DNA of 62,999 bases, filler included, from Folioceros fuciformis (taxonomy: Eukaryota): assembly GCA_049999805.1 (NCBI GenBank). It is 14 parts of 14 records of this genome, joined end to end, with 100 filler letters (N's around TTAATTAATTAA, not from the genome) between each part and the next. Parts side by side here need not be neighbours in the genome. Positions count along the whole stretch, not along the records: positions 1 to 6,229 come from JBNGIO010003031.1; positions 6,330 to 12,823 come from JBNGIO010003032.1; 12 more parts are not named here. One strand, 5' to 3'. Below the pieces are notes generated by a model. The model was not told the DNA's origin. It worked only from the letters and a program-made list of their open reading frames with translations, and searched no databases. Position 1 is the first letter of the stretch; every line of letters begins with the position of its first letter. Shown piece after piece: positions 1 through 12,264 of the stretch. The translations under genes and the position numbers were made by a program.

Positions 1-265
1 ACCTGTAGAGCTCCAGGTGTCTACAGCCCATAGGTCTATTCCCTCCACGTCCACCTGTAGAGCTCCAGGTGTCTACAGCCCATAGGTCTATTCCCTCCAC
101 GTCCACCTGTAGAGCTCCAGGTGTCTACAGCCCATAGGTCTATTCCCTCCATTCCCACCTGTAGAGCTTCAGGTGTCTACAGCCCATAGGTCTATTCCCT
201 CCACATCCACCTGTAGAGCTCCAGGTGTCTAAAGCCCATAGGTTTATTCCCTCCACGTCCACCTG
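1..265. repeat. 52-bp tandem repeat (5 copies plus a partial, truncated by window start), upstream of Copia-A gag
   Basis: Unit ACCTGTAGAGCTCCAGGTGTCTACAGCCCATAGGTCTATTCCCTCCACGTCC starts at 1, 53, 105, 157, 209 and 261 with few substitutions. Each unit has the internal inverted repeat CTGTAGA/TCTACAG. Confidence 0.95.
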
Positions 266-444
266 CAAATTTGTAACAAGTAGTTATGTCAGTTATTGTC
301 ATGGGACACAGTTTTTAGGGTTAAGTCAGTTTATTTTATTTTGAGACTCCTTTTGACCTAACTTCCACTTTTGGCTTACCGCTTCAGTTCTGGGTTGGTC
401 TCCTCCTGAGTGTACATTTTTGGTCCTCGTTTGTAGTCCAGGCT

Positions 445-3400
445 ATGCTAAAGTCCCCTGCTGACAGTGATAGTGATTCAAAGGAAGACGTCTTCTCCTG
501 GTTATACACCAACCCACCCATATCATCTGTGAGCAACATCAAAACTATGGCGACTAATCCTGCAATAGGGTATAGTTACTCAGGAGAGTTTAAGGAGAAG
601 GATCGATTTGATGGAAAGCAATCACGATTTGAGAGCTGGAGAGCTCGGATGAAAGCTAACCTCAATGCTCGTGATGTCTGGGAGTATGTAGATGGCTCCC
701 TTCCTGATCCTGCAAAAATGAATCCACGAAGATCAGCTGATGAGATTGAGAAGTGGAAGAAGGGGAACAAAGTCGCATTTGCTATCTTACTGTCTGGACT
801 TGATGAAGTGACAGTAATTGAAGTGGACTTTCTAGAGACCGCTGCTGAAGTTTGGGATCAGCTCACGAAGACTTACCAAGTTAACAACAAACTTACCTTG
901 GTTTCTATACGAAATGAATTCCATGGTTTGAGGATGAAAGAAGGGGACTCTATTGGGGCACACGTCACTCGGATGCGCACCCTGTGGTCACAACTGGCCA
1001 TGCAAGGGAGCAAGATGTCTGATTTGGACGCGATTGCCCAACTGCTGTCCAGCTTGCCTTCATCCTACCAGAATTTTGTTTCCAGTCAAAATTCAGCTCT
1101 TTGTGACTCCTACAAAGCTATAGCTGCTGGTCAACCCTTCCCCTTGAACATCAATGAAGTTATTGGGGCACTTCTGCAAGAGAAGTAAAGCCAAAGCCGG
1201 AGCAAGTCAGGCACTCGCTTCAGAGGTGACAAGGTCCTATATACTAAAGCCAAAGGACCTTGGAAGGGGAAAGATAATAAAGGAGGCAAGAAACAATCCA
1301 ATGATTTTACCTCATCTCCATCCTCTTTGACAAAAAGACAAGGCAACTGTAATTGGTGTCAGATCCCAGGGCACTGGGAACGTGACTGCCGCAAAAAGAA
1401 GGCTGGTGAACCTAAGTGTGAAGTCAAGCAGGAGGCTCATACCACTTTTAAGGAGAAAAAGTCTGCTATTTCTAATCACAGCTCACAGCAAAAGAGTGGC
1501 AGTTCAGCTACAGCCCTGACAGTCTGCCTGACACTTTCCAAATGGAATTCCTCACAATGGTTTGTCGACTCAGGAGCCACGACGCACATTTGCAACAAAT
1601 TTGGGCTCTTCTCGACCTTTCACAAGCAGACATCACCACAGTCAATATTTGTGGGCGACTCACGAGGTGTTCAGGTCAAGGGGTTTGGCTCTATGAACAT
1701 ACCTCTTCTTGATGGGTCTTCCTTGTTGCTGGAGGATGTGCTGTTTGTTCCAGACATTAGTAAAAACCTTCTGTCGATTAGGGCCATTGCTCGCAGTCGT
1801 AAGTATGGGTTTAGGTTTGAAGACAAAACCTGCTATGTCTATCATCTCACAGATCAAAAGAGTCATGTTGCTAGAGCAGTTCTAGTAGGTGATCTCTACC
1901 AACTTGTCACAGTACATAAGTCAAAGGTCAGAGCTTTGCTTACTGCTTTTCATGTTCAGGCTAATCTGTGGCATGCTAGGTTGGGCCATGTTAATCTTTC
2001 TAAACTTGATTTGATGGCTAACTCTTCTTGCTACCGTGAGTGATTACCTCCTTGTTTCAAGCATCTTAAAGCTTGCAGCTCTTGTATCCTATCCAAGCAA
2101 AAAGAACTGCCCTTTAAGAACAAACAAGCAACTCAAGCAAAGCAAGTTCTGGAGCTCATACATGCTGACATTGGTGGAAAGCTGCCTGTGAAGTCACTTG
2201 GAGGAGCGGAATACTATCTTACCTTGACGGACGACTACTCTCGGTACACATGGACCTTTCCCCTCAAGTTGAAGAGCGATGTGTTCGAGACTATCTCCAC
2301 TTGGATACAGATGGTGCAACGTCAGACTGGTCAGTTGGTGAAGTGCTTTCGTACTGATAACGGAGGGGAGTTTACTGGCAGACATTTTGATGATCTCTTT
2401 ACTACACATGGCATAGTTAGGCAACTTTCAATCCCTTACACGCAGCAACAGAACGGAGTTGCAGAGCGTAAAAATCAGACTCTAATGGGCATGGTAAGGA
2501 GCATGCTGTCATGGTCTACTCTCCCCAAGTCTTTATGGGCAGAAGTAGTTGTGTGTGCCACTTACATCTTAAATAGGGTGGTCACGTCAGCTCTTCCAGG
2601 TAGAACTCCATATGAGGCATTTTGCGGAAGAAAACCGAGTCTTCTCCACTTGAAAGTCTTTGGTTCACCTACCTTTGCTCTTGTTCCTGAACATAAAAGA
2701 AAGAAGTTAGATGATAGGTCTAAACCTCTTCTTTTTGTAGGTTATTCTGAAGAGTCTGAGGCTTATAAACTTCTGAATCCTGTGACGTCAAGGATTACCT
2801 TATCCAAAAGTGCTACCTTAACTGAATTCACCTCTCCTCGTTCAGATTCCTATGTAGAGCAGCTTTATCCAATAGATCTTACTAGTATTAGTGATGCTGT
2901 GCTTTCTGGTTTAAACTTAGCACCAACACAAGTGTTTCACAACTACCCTGAGTCTAACGGTGAGGAACAGCTTGATGCTTCTGTAGCAGCAGAGTTAGAC
3001 CCTGTTCAAGATGAGGATAATGAGGTAGTTCAGGATGAAGGAGATGATCAGTCCGTCCAGTCGATTAACTCACATGTTTCACACGAACTTGCTGTGGGTG
3101 GTGCTACTTCAAATGCAGGAGATGATGCTTCTGTAGATCATAATGCTGTTGAGGAGCCCCCTTCATCTCGCTATCCTACGAGAGAATGCAGAGCACGTGA
3201 AAATTGGGTTGAGACACCGTATCAGTCCATTGATTTTAGAAGACAATCAGCTCATGTTACAGATGTGCACGTACCTGAGGTTAGGCTTATGAAGAAGCGC
3301 TTAATGGTTCTGACAACAAGCATTGGTGTGTCTCCATTGATGATGAGTTCAACTCCCTAATGAAGAACAACACTTGGGAGTTAGCTGACTTACCACTTGG

Positions 3401-4869
3401 CCGCAAGCCTATCTCGTGTAAATGGCAAATTGAAAACCAAATTGAATGCTCATGGCACCATCTCAAGATATAAGTCCAGGTTGGTTGCGAGGGGGTTTAG
3501 CCAGATTCTTGGCATTGACTATGGAGATACTTTCTCGCCAGTTGTGAAGTCCCCCTTAGTAAGGATCCTGCTAGCTATGGCAGTTGAGTTTGATCTTGAG
3601 TTGCATCAGATGGATGTGTGCACCGCGTTTCTTCATGGTGAGCTTGAGGAAGAGCTCTACATGCACCAGCCAGAGGGGTTCGTTAGTAAACAATCGCCTC
3701 ATAAAGTGTGCAAACTGCTGAAAACACTGTATGGGCTTAAACAATCACCTCAAGCCTAGTATAAACACATAATGAAGTTTCTGCGCAAGTCTGGCTTTGT
3801 TCAGTCCTCGGCTGACTCTAATGTCTTTTATCTTGTTGATGCTGGACTATTTGTGGTGCTTGCTCTCTATGTTGATGATGCAATCCTCTTGAGCAATAGC
3901 ACCTCGCAACTCAACAAGATCAAGGACTTGCTTAGGTCAGAATTTGAAACGACTGATCAAGGGCCATTGCAATATTGTTTGGGTATCCAGATTCTCAGAG
4001 ATAGATCTCAAGGAACAGTCATTCTGCACCAGACTAAGTATCTCAAGGAAATTTTAAAACGATTCAACTTACATGAGGCTCGTCCAGTGGCCACGCCTTC
4101 AGCAATGGGGGAAAAGCTGACCTTTTAGCAGTCACCTCAAACTGCTGAGGAGGAGTCGGATATGCTTGGAGTGCCTTATGCTGAAGCCGTGGGTTGCCTA
4201 ATTTTTCTTTCTAACTGGACAAGGCCTGATATCAGCTATTATGTGAGTATGGTCTCTCAGTTCCTGAAGAATCCTGGCAGATCCCACTGGGCAGCAGTTA
4301 AGCGTGTGTATTGTTACCTGCGTGGAACTTTGAGATATGGGTTACATTACACAAGCAGTGGCAGGAGAGAATTTTCACTTACTTCTTTTGCTGACGCAGA
4401 CTGGGCCTCAGATGCATATTCTCGTAAGAGCTTGTCCGCTTATGCATGCCTACTAGCCTCAGGTTCTGTCAATTGGTCTTGCAAAAAGCAAACGTCCTTA
4501 GCTCTTTCGTCCACAGAGGTTGAGTACAAGGCCTAAACAGAGGTCTGTAAGGAAATAGAGTGGGAGCGTCAGTTTCTTGAGTCTCTTCACTTACCTCAGC
4601 CTGAACCAACTGATTTGTTTTGTGACAACATGTCTGCTATTGCCTTGGTCTCCAACCCCCGTTTCCATGCCCGTACCAAACACATTGAATTGTACCACCA
4701 TTACATTAGGGATGTGGCTGAACGAGGACTTGTGAAGGTGCCGTATGTTAGCACGGATGAGAATACAACTAATCTATTTACTAAAGGTCTGTCCAGACAG
4801 AAACACTTTAAACACTTAGCAGCCTTGGGGCTGAGGGAGTTTGTCTCACCTACTCCTACCAGATCCTAG
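445..4869 (+). pseudogene. Ty1/Copia element A gag-pol (gag, CCHC, protease, integrase, RT, RNase H), disrupted
   Basis: Copia domain order: gag (WRARMKANL..WEYVDG), CNWCQIPGHWERDC knuckle, WFVDSGAT protease, GAG-pre-int LWHARLGH, integrase (DDYSRY, RTDNGGEF, QNGVAER), RT (RLVARGF, QMDV, LYGLKQSP, LYVDD), RNase H (ADADWA, ALSSTEVEY, CDN, TKHI). Multiple stops and frameshifts. Confidence 0.97.
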
Positions 4870-5047
4870 AAGCCTGCCTACTGTAGTCTAAGGACAACAC
4901 AGGGTGAGTACTCCCAAGCTGCAGTTGTGTTCGCTGTCTCTATGCTGTGTTCTTCCCTACAGGTGTACAACAGCGTGTTAGCTTGAAGACAGTTCAGTGG
5001 ATGAAGCTTATCGACAACAACTCAGTTGTGAGCTGTCTTTAGCAGAC

Positions 5048-5581
5048 CTACCTCTCCACAACGTGGAGCTGACTGTGTGCCTCTTCCTCGTCGACTTGAC
5101 CGACATAGCCGAGCCTCCTCAGCTCGCTAACGAGGACTCTGATCTCAACATCTGATAGTGAGGGCGAGCGTGTGTCTCTGGCTGGAATAGATGCAACCAA
5201 GTTCCGCACTTCCAGAGTTTTGGCCTTGGTAGACTTCAACATTTCCTCCAGCTCCTCGCATGCTGTCTCGGTTTGAAGGAGGTGCTCGATTAGGGCTCTA
5301 GTCGCTTGTGATGGCTAACAGTTCCTCCTCAGCTTCTCCTCGTCGGTGATGGCACTCCTTTCCACAAACTCTTCTCTTGGTCGTCTCTGGCTTCTGAGGG
5401 CTCCGTTGATCAACTGAGCCATGGTAGCAGCAGCACAACTCCAATAACCCCTGTGATGCTCAGAGTGACCAGCCCAATGGGGATAGATATCTCCATGCTT
5501 CATAGTCTCCTCGTGTCCTGCCTGAGAAGCCCAAGCGCCGAACACAGCCTCCGCGTGTGTGTTCAATAACTCCTCCTGTCT
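5048..5581 (-). pseudogene. Antisense extra ORF in the 3' spacer of Copia-A (about 175 codons, one in-frame TAG)
   Basis: ORFs 5315..5566 and 5048..5242 share a frame, and the intervening codons (PSQATRALIEHLLQTETACEELEE) are open. Only the TAG at 5315-5317 interrupts. No family recognised. Confidence 0.55.
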
Positions 5582-5596
5582 TTAACCTGTTTGGTT

Positions 5597-5690
5597 AAGA
5601 GGGGGTGTTAGGGTTTAGTTAACCCTTGGTTAGTTAACCTCACAGGTTAGGCTAGTTAGTTTAACCTAGGGTTTACTTAAGACTATTGTT
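5597..5690 (+). mobile_element. Polypurine tract and start of the 3' LTR of Copia-A (apparently truncated)
   Basis: AAGAGGGGG (5597-5605) is followed directly by TGTTAGGG at 5606. The LTR end is not identifiable and the sequence passes into a Harbinger fragment. Confidence 0.7.
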
Positions 5691-5769
5691 TATTGAACAT
5701 TTTTACTTTTGATATACAACATTCTTTTTGTGTTCTATGTCAGAAGGTTTAGTATCAATTCTTGCAGTG

Positions 5770-6171
5770 ATGGACTTGGATAGCCATGAGGACACGGAAT
5801 TGGCAACGCTGCAGAATGGCTGTTGAGAGAAGATTTTATTAGCTCTGAGTGTGTTGTGTGCTCTCGAGATTTGTTCCTCTTCCCTAAGGACATTCATATC
5901 TACTGCAGCAGTGGCTTTGCATCAGGAATTGCTGGAGTCTAGTGGGAGACAAAGAAAACGACGGTCAACATGGTGTGTAAAACGAAACCATGGTTTCACA
6001 GATCAATCCTTTCTTGGGTCTTACACAGATGAAATGTTCTGGCAGCGTTGTCGAGTGAGCAAAGCCACTTTCCAGTATTTGTGTGCTGAAATTGGCCCTT
6101 TGCTGCACAAAAAAGACACCACATTTCGGAAAGCCATTCCTGTGGATGCAAGAATTGCCATGGCACTGTGG
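5770..6171 (+). pseudogene. PIF/Harbinger transposase (HARBI1/ALP1-like) N-terminal fragment
   Basis: FWQRCRVSKATFQYLCAEIGPLLHKKDTTFRKAIPVDARIAMALW matches the F..FRMS..TF.YLC..L...L....T.FR.AIP...R.A.AL pattern of Harbinger transposases. In-frame TGA at about 5824; similarity ends after ALW. Confidence 0.85.
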
Positions 6172-6229
6172 GCAAGCGGATGTGGTATCCCTACCAGGCA
6201 CCCGCTCACATGTATCGTGGCCACATCAA

Positions 6230-6329
6230 NNNNNNNNNNNNNNNNNNNNNNNNNNNNNNNNNNNNNNNNNNNNTTAATTAATTAANNNNNNNNNNNNNNN
6301 NNNNNNNNNNNNNNNNNNNNNNNNNNNNN
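6230..6329. other. Artificial contig linker (44 N + TTAATTAATTAA + 44 N), first of 13
   Basis: Identical 100-bp linkers at 6230, 12824, 18557, 20650, 27073, 29557, 34452, 35778, 36908, 42668, 46391, 48136 and 54581. TTAATTAATTAA gives stops in all six frames. Confidence 0.98.
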
Positions 6330-6502
6330 CTCGTAGTTATCTATCACCTAAGTGTTATCAGGATATACTAGGATATAGCACCCTTGAGATTAAGGCTTAC
6401 CTTATCGAGGGTTGCCCCGCCTGAAGGCTATATATGTAGCATCTTGTGCACCATAAGTAAGGAACTATGGAGTCCTTCTAGGCCTGTGGTGCTATTTCAA
6501 CA

Positions 6503-6514
6503 TGGTATCAGAGC
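6503..6514 (+). promoter_or_regulatory. Primer-binding site (tRNA-iMet) of Copia-B
   Basis: TGGTATCAGAGC directly after the LTR-terminal CA. Confidence 0.95.
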
Positions 6515-6706
6515 TAGAGAGAGAGCCGGCGGCCATTGTGGCTATGGCGGGGGTTTGAGGCTATGGCCGTGAGCGTGAAGGTGGCTGGCAACGCAAGCCA
6601 TTGAGAGGCGCAGCGGCGTAGGCGGCGTAAGAAGCCGCAACAGGCGCTACAGGCGCAAGAGTGCGCGAGAGGGGCGAGAGTGTTGGTGCGTAAAGGAGCC
6701 TGAGTC

Positions 6707-9700
6707 ATGGCTAATGTGCAGGGATCAGACAATATCTCTCAGGTCGTGGGAGAGAAGTTGGATAACAAAAATTTTGCTTTGTGGAAGTTCAGGATGAAGA
6801 ACTTCTTGGTAGGTAGAGGCTATTGGGACCTCTGCACAGATGATGAGAGTGAACCAGAGATGAATCGTACTCCATCACAGGAGCAAAAGAATGCTCACAA
6901 GCATTGGACTGAGAGAGCATGTAAAGTGTTACACTGGCTCTCCTTAAGCATTTCAGATGCTATGGTCATACAGATCACGGGATGTGAGTCTCCGAAGGAT
7001 GCATGGGACATACTCATGAGGAACTATGGAAATGTCACACATGCTAGGAAAATCTAGTTGAAGCAGCAGTTCAACAACTTGTCACGAGGTAGCAGATCCA
7101 TACTCGTGTATACAACAGAGGTGAAGACCATAGCTGATCAACTTGCTACAATCGGTGCAAGTGTGACGAAAGATGACATGGTTGCAGTTACTCTGAACGG
7201 ACTTGGCAAGGAGTACAAGTCCTTTGACACATCAATCTCTGTGAGAGTTGAGTTCCCAAGTTGGGATGAATTGGTTGCTTTGTTGCTGCATGAGGAAGTT
7301 AAGCTTGGTCTGAACACAAGTTCAGGTATATCTCAAGGAAGAGACTGTTTTGTTTTCTAACCAGCGTGGGAGAGGCCACAGAGGTCGTGGTTCATTCCGG
7401 ACGGGGTGATGCTCGGAACACGCAAAATCAGCAAGACAATTGGCATGGAGGAAATGTGCAAGGCCAGAGAGAATCTGGAAGTTTTAAAGGCACAGGTAGA
7501 GCCACAAGAGGAAGAGATGGTTCTTTTCAATCTCATGACCATTCCAATAGAGACAAGGAGTGTTACTACTGTGGTAAGGTTGGTCATATTGCTAAGGACT
7601 GCTATAAGCAGCAAGCAGACATGAGAGGAAAAGAAAGGCAGCATGGGAACTATGCCTCCTCTAGTAATGCTGGAAATGACCAGGATAGGTTGTTTGCCAT
7701 GCAACATCTTTCTGAACAGGATGGGCAGAATGATGAGAGATGGTACATTGATTCAGGAGCATCAAACCACATGACTCCGCATGGTGAGTGGTTTAACAAG
7801 ATGGATGCAGGTCCCCATGGTCATGTGTGTACAGGAGATGACACACAACATGACATAAAGCACAGAGGAATTGTTCCTCTTAGGATGCCGAATGGTCAGC
7901 AGAAGAGTCTGCAAGATGTGTTGCATGTTCCAACCATTACGAAGAACCTGTTGTCTGTTGGACAGATGGCTGAACAAAATCTGCAGGTTCGATTCAATAA
8001 AGATGGATGCTTTATTGAAGAATATGACAAAGGGCGCAAACTAATTGCTAAAGGTAGTAGGAATGGACGGATGTTCACTCTGGATGCATCCATTCTAGAG
8101 CTAAATGCATCAATGTTTGCAAATGATGCAGGTGCCATACGTGATGTTGAAATATGGCATAAGAGGATTGGGCATGTGAACATAGAGAAGCTGAAATCTA
8201 TGCGACAGAAAAGCGTGGTGGAAGGATTGCCCAAGTTCAAGTATGCTGATCTTGGTCATGTGTGTTCTGCATGTCAATTTGGAAAACAGTCAAGGTTTCC
8301 ATTTGTGCAACACGTGCAGAACAGCTCGAGATGTTTGCAATTGATACACTCTGATGTATGGGGTCCTTCACATAATGCATCGTTTGGAGGAGCCCACTAC
8401 TATGTCTCCTTCATTAATGATTTCAGCAGGTACACGTGGCTGTACATACTGAAGCATTAGGATGAAGTGTTTGAGTCTTTCAAGGACTTCAAAAAGCATG
8501 CTGAAAATGAATTCAACTGCTCCATTTCTTGTCTAAGATCAGATGGAGGGGAAGAATATGTCTCAAATGAGTTTAACAGGTATCTTGCAAATCATGGTAT
8601 ACGAAGACAGTTGACTTGCAGATACACACCACAACAGAATGGTGTTGCAGAGAGGAAGAACAGGGTAGTCATGGAAACAGCAAGGGCAATGCTGAATGGG
8701 AAGTGCTTACCTAATGATTATTGGGCAGAAGCAATGATGACAGCAGTGTATGTACTGAATCGAACTCCTACGACAGGAATTCATGATGCTACACCAATTG
8801 AGAGACTGTATGGCTATAAGCCGGATATTAGGCACTTGAAAGTGTTTGGGTGCATTGCATATGTGCATGTACCTGATGAGAAGCGTAGGAAGCTAGATCC
8901 TAAAGTAGTGAAGAGTGTTTTTCTAGGGTATGCACGAAATAGGAAGGCATATAAGTGTTATGTGCCATCCACACATGAGATCCTGATAAGCAGGGATGTG
9001 GTATTTGATGAGTTAGCCTCCTAGTATAGCAACTCAGTTGCACTACCCTATGACGAACCCACAGGGGAGAGTACTGTTAAGAGTACTCCAGCAAAGAGTG
9101 AGGATGTGACCAATGGTGGATCACCAACGATGAATCCATGGTCTGGAAGACTGCGGAATGGTAAACAGAAGACCATTGACCTGGATATGTCAATGAGGGG
9201 GAGAGTAGAAAGCAGCAAAACTGGAAATGAGGGATATGAATCCTCAAGTAGTGAGAGCATTGACAGTGAGTTTGGCATTCCGTCTGTGGAAACGCCAGGT
9301 GCTAAGGAGCAACAATATGCAAGGCAGGTTCAAAATGAACCAAGACCAAGGAGATCTGAGAGGGTTAGGAAACCCATTGACAGGTACACCTATACAAGCT
9401 ACAATGCGCAACATTGTGCGTATATGACAAGAGTCACAGCTTGTAAGGAGCCAACCAAGTTTGCTGAGGCAGTGACAGATGATAAGTGGTGTCAAGCCAT
9501 GGATGAAGAATACTCAGCATTAGTTGAGAACGGAACGTGGGATTTGGTTCAATTGCCTGATGGCAAGGTTCCTATTGGTTCTAAGTGGGTGTACAAGCTG
9601 AAGTTCAAGTGAAATGGAACGCTGGAGCGTTACAAGGCCAGGTTGGTTGCAAAGGGATATGCACAACAGTATGGTCTTGATTATGAGGAAACCTTTAGTC

Positions 9701-10977
9701 CAGTAGCCAAGATGACAACTATAAGGATAGTTATAGCATTAGCAGCAGCTAAAGGATGGAAGTTATGGCAAATGGATGTCAAGAATGCCTTCTTGAATGG
9801 TGAGTTGCAGGAGGAAGTGTACGTGGAACAGCCTGAAGGCTATGTTCATCCTAAGTTTCCAACATACGTCTGCAAACTGAAGAAGGCATTGTATGGACTC
9901 AAACAGGCACCTAGAGCATGGAATGCTCGTATCACAAGCTATTTGAAGGAGAAAGGGTTTGTGATTGGAGACGCAGATCACAGTTTGTTTGTAAAACAGA
10001 CCAAGGTAGGACAAGTGTGTCTTGTCATTTATGTTGACGACTTGATCATCACAGGAGATGATGCAGATGGTATTGCAGATGTCAAGGCGAATCTGCAAAA
10101 AGAGTTCAAGGTGAAGGATCTTGGTGAACTCATATACTTCTTAGGAATTGAGGTTGTGTCTACACCTCAAGGAATCTGGCTATTCCAAAAACAATATGCT
10201 AAGGATATGTTGCAGAAGTATGGCATGGCAGATTGCAAAGTGATGGATACACCATTGGAGCAGAACGTCAAGCTGCACATGGATGTAGGAGCTGAGTTGG
10301 AAAATGTGACTATGTATCGACAGATGGTCGGAAGTTTGATCTACTTGACTATCACACGTCCTAACTTAAGTTATGCAGTGGGACTGATTAGTCAATTCAT
10401 GCAGAACCCAAGGAAACCGCACTTGGATGCAGGTAGAAGAATCATGAGATATGTGAAAGGAACTACTGAGTTTGGATTGCTCTATGAGCATAGGAAGCAT
10501 CCTGAACTGACATGATATACAGATGTTGATTGGGCTGGTTGTGCGTATGACAGAAGATCAACCAGTGGATATGCATTCGGTCTGGGAAGTAGTATGATCA
10601 GCTGGCAAAGCAAGAAACAACCGACAGTTGCTTTGTCAAGCACAAAAGCAGAGTATCGAGGAGCTGCAATGGCAGCCTGTGAAGCAGCTTGGTTGGAGAA
10701 GTTGCTACATGATCTTGGAAATATAGTGAACAGCAAGGTTACAATCTACTGTGACAACATGAGTAGCATGAGGTTGGCTACTAATCCTGTGTTTCATGCT
10801 CGTTCGAAGCACATAGAAGTACATTATCATTTCATCAGGGAAGCGGTATTATCTGAGAAGATAGATCTTCGGCACGTGAAGACCGAAGACCAGGTAGCAG
10901 ATATCTTTACTAAGTCGCTAGGTAGAGATAAGTTCTTACACTTTCGTGAACTACTTGGAGTGTTACAAATAGTCTGA
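6707..10977 (+). pseudogene. Copia-B gag-pol polyprotein, disrupted
   Basis: EKLDNKNFALWKFRM gag, [70 protein letters not shown]. One frameshift (about 7340) and in-frame stops at 7055, 8458, 9022, 9610 and 10513. Confidence 0.97.
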
Positions 10978-10990
10978 GCTTGAGGGGGAG

Positions 10991-11250
10991 TGTTAAAAAT
11001 CAAGCTCTAACTGAATTGTTATTAAGAGCATACAACACTTAGGATAGTGTAGATTATTCCATATTGAACTCGTAGTTATCTATCACCTAAGTGTTATCAG
11101 GATATATCAGGATATACTAGGATATTGCACCCTTGAGACTAAGGCTTACCTTATCGAGGGTTGCCCCACCTAAAGGCTATATATGTAGCATCTGTGCACC
11201 ATAAGTAAGGAACTGTGGAGTCCTTCTAGGACTGTGGTGCTATTTCAACA
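10991..11250 (+). repeat. 3' LTR of Copia-B
   Basis: TG..CA ends; 11069-11250 matches 6330-6502. Confidence 0.95.
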
Positions 11251-11809
11251 GGTCCCACCCAAACCCCTAACTATTATTTTTCGGCGCATGCGCCGCCTCA
11301 GGTTTCCACCACACGTTTCTGCCCTAAGAGGTTCCAGACTCAAAGATCTGGTCTTATTTGATGCTCCTTACACATGCAAATGCTAATTCTTGGGGAATAA
11401 GACCCCGAGGATCAGCCACACCCCCACACACACACATGCAAAACACACCAGAACTTTGGTGTATGCTTATTCCTCACAGGTCTATCCCCAAATGTCTCCA
11501 ATCGTCCAGCAATTCCTCAACAATCCTTCACAACACTTCACATGCTTCAACAATCTTCAACAGCCCTCTACACACTTACAGGATTTCCTCATAATTTCTC
11601 TAGTAATCACGTCCAAGCCTTAAGAATCTTTCTCAACCTCCAAGCAGTTTCTCAACGATTCTCTTCAGTTCTCCAACAGTCTTGCAGCAATCTTCCAAGA
11701 TCCTCCTCAGTCTCTCAACAAGGCTCTTCAGTTAGTTGAAGTCAGCTCATCTCCTCTTCTCTCCTCAGCTCACTCACTTCTTCTCTTCTGAACTCACTCA
11801 CTTCGACAC

Positions 11810-12264
11810 CAGATTCGCGACGCAGCCAATGGGTCAGGGAATAAGGGAAGGAGCAGTCCTCCCTCCACTCTGGGCAATTGGCAGATTCGTCCCCGTCACC
11901 ACTCCTTCTCTTATTCTTCTCACACATGCTCTTCAACACCATATCCAAAACGCAGCCAACGGTTCATGGAATAGGAGAAAGAGAAATTCTCCTTCCACTT
12001 TGTGCAGCTAGCGGATTCATCCCCCTCTCCTCAGCTATCGACCACAGTCAGTCTTCACTCACTCCTTATCTTCACTCACTCCTTCAGTCTTCTTCTTCTT
12101 CTCACACACTCACTCCTTCCACACCTCGTCTTCTCACACACTCGCTTCAACTCCTGATTCGAAACGCAGCCAACGGTTCAAGGAATAAGGGAAGGAGAAG
12201 CTCCTCTTCCACTCTGCGTAGCTAGTGGATCGTCCCCCTCTCCTCAGCTACGGACCACAATCAG
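11810..12264. repeat. Three diverged 80-100 bp direct repeats separated by CT-rich spacers
   Basis: CGCAGCCAA(T/C)GG..CA.GGAATA.G.GAA.GAG...TCC..CCACT.TG at about 11821, 11951 and 12166. The third copy is cut by the LTR at 12265. Confidence 0.8.

Larger units (their letters stand above)
6330..11250 (+). mobile_element. Near full-length Ty1/Copia element B
   Basis: Partial 5' LTR 6330-6502 ending TTCAACA; PBS TGGTATCAGAGC 6503-6514; gag-pol 6707-10977; PPT GAGGGGGAG 10982-10990; 3' LTR 10991-11250 (TGTT..AACA, 260 bp) matching the 5' LTR. Confidence 0.97.

Noticed and set aside
1-265. Possible CRISPR array
   Set aside because: Head-to-tail repeats with no unique spacers, no cas genes, and a eukaryotic context. 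The same applies to 54681-54936.
6274-6285. TTAATTAATTAA palindrome recurring 13 times, and ORFs ending in X..LIN
   Set aside because: Always centred in 44+44 N; it is a synthetic six-frame-stop linker.
12150-12260. Hammerhead ribozyme or retrozyme
   Set aside because: CTGATTCGAAAC appears in only one module and lacks the CTGANGA...GAAA core with flanking stems.
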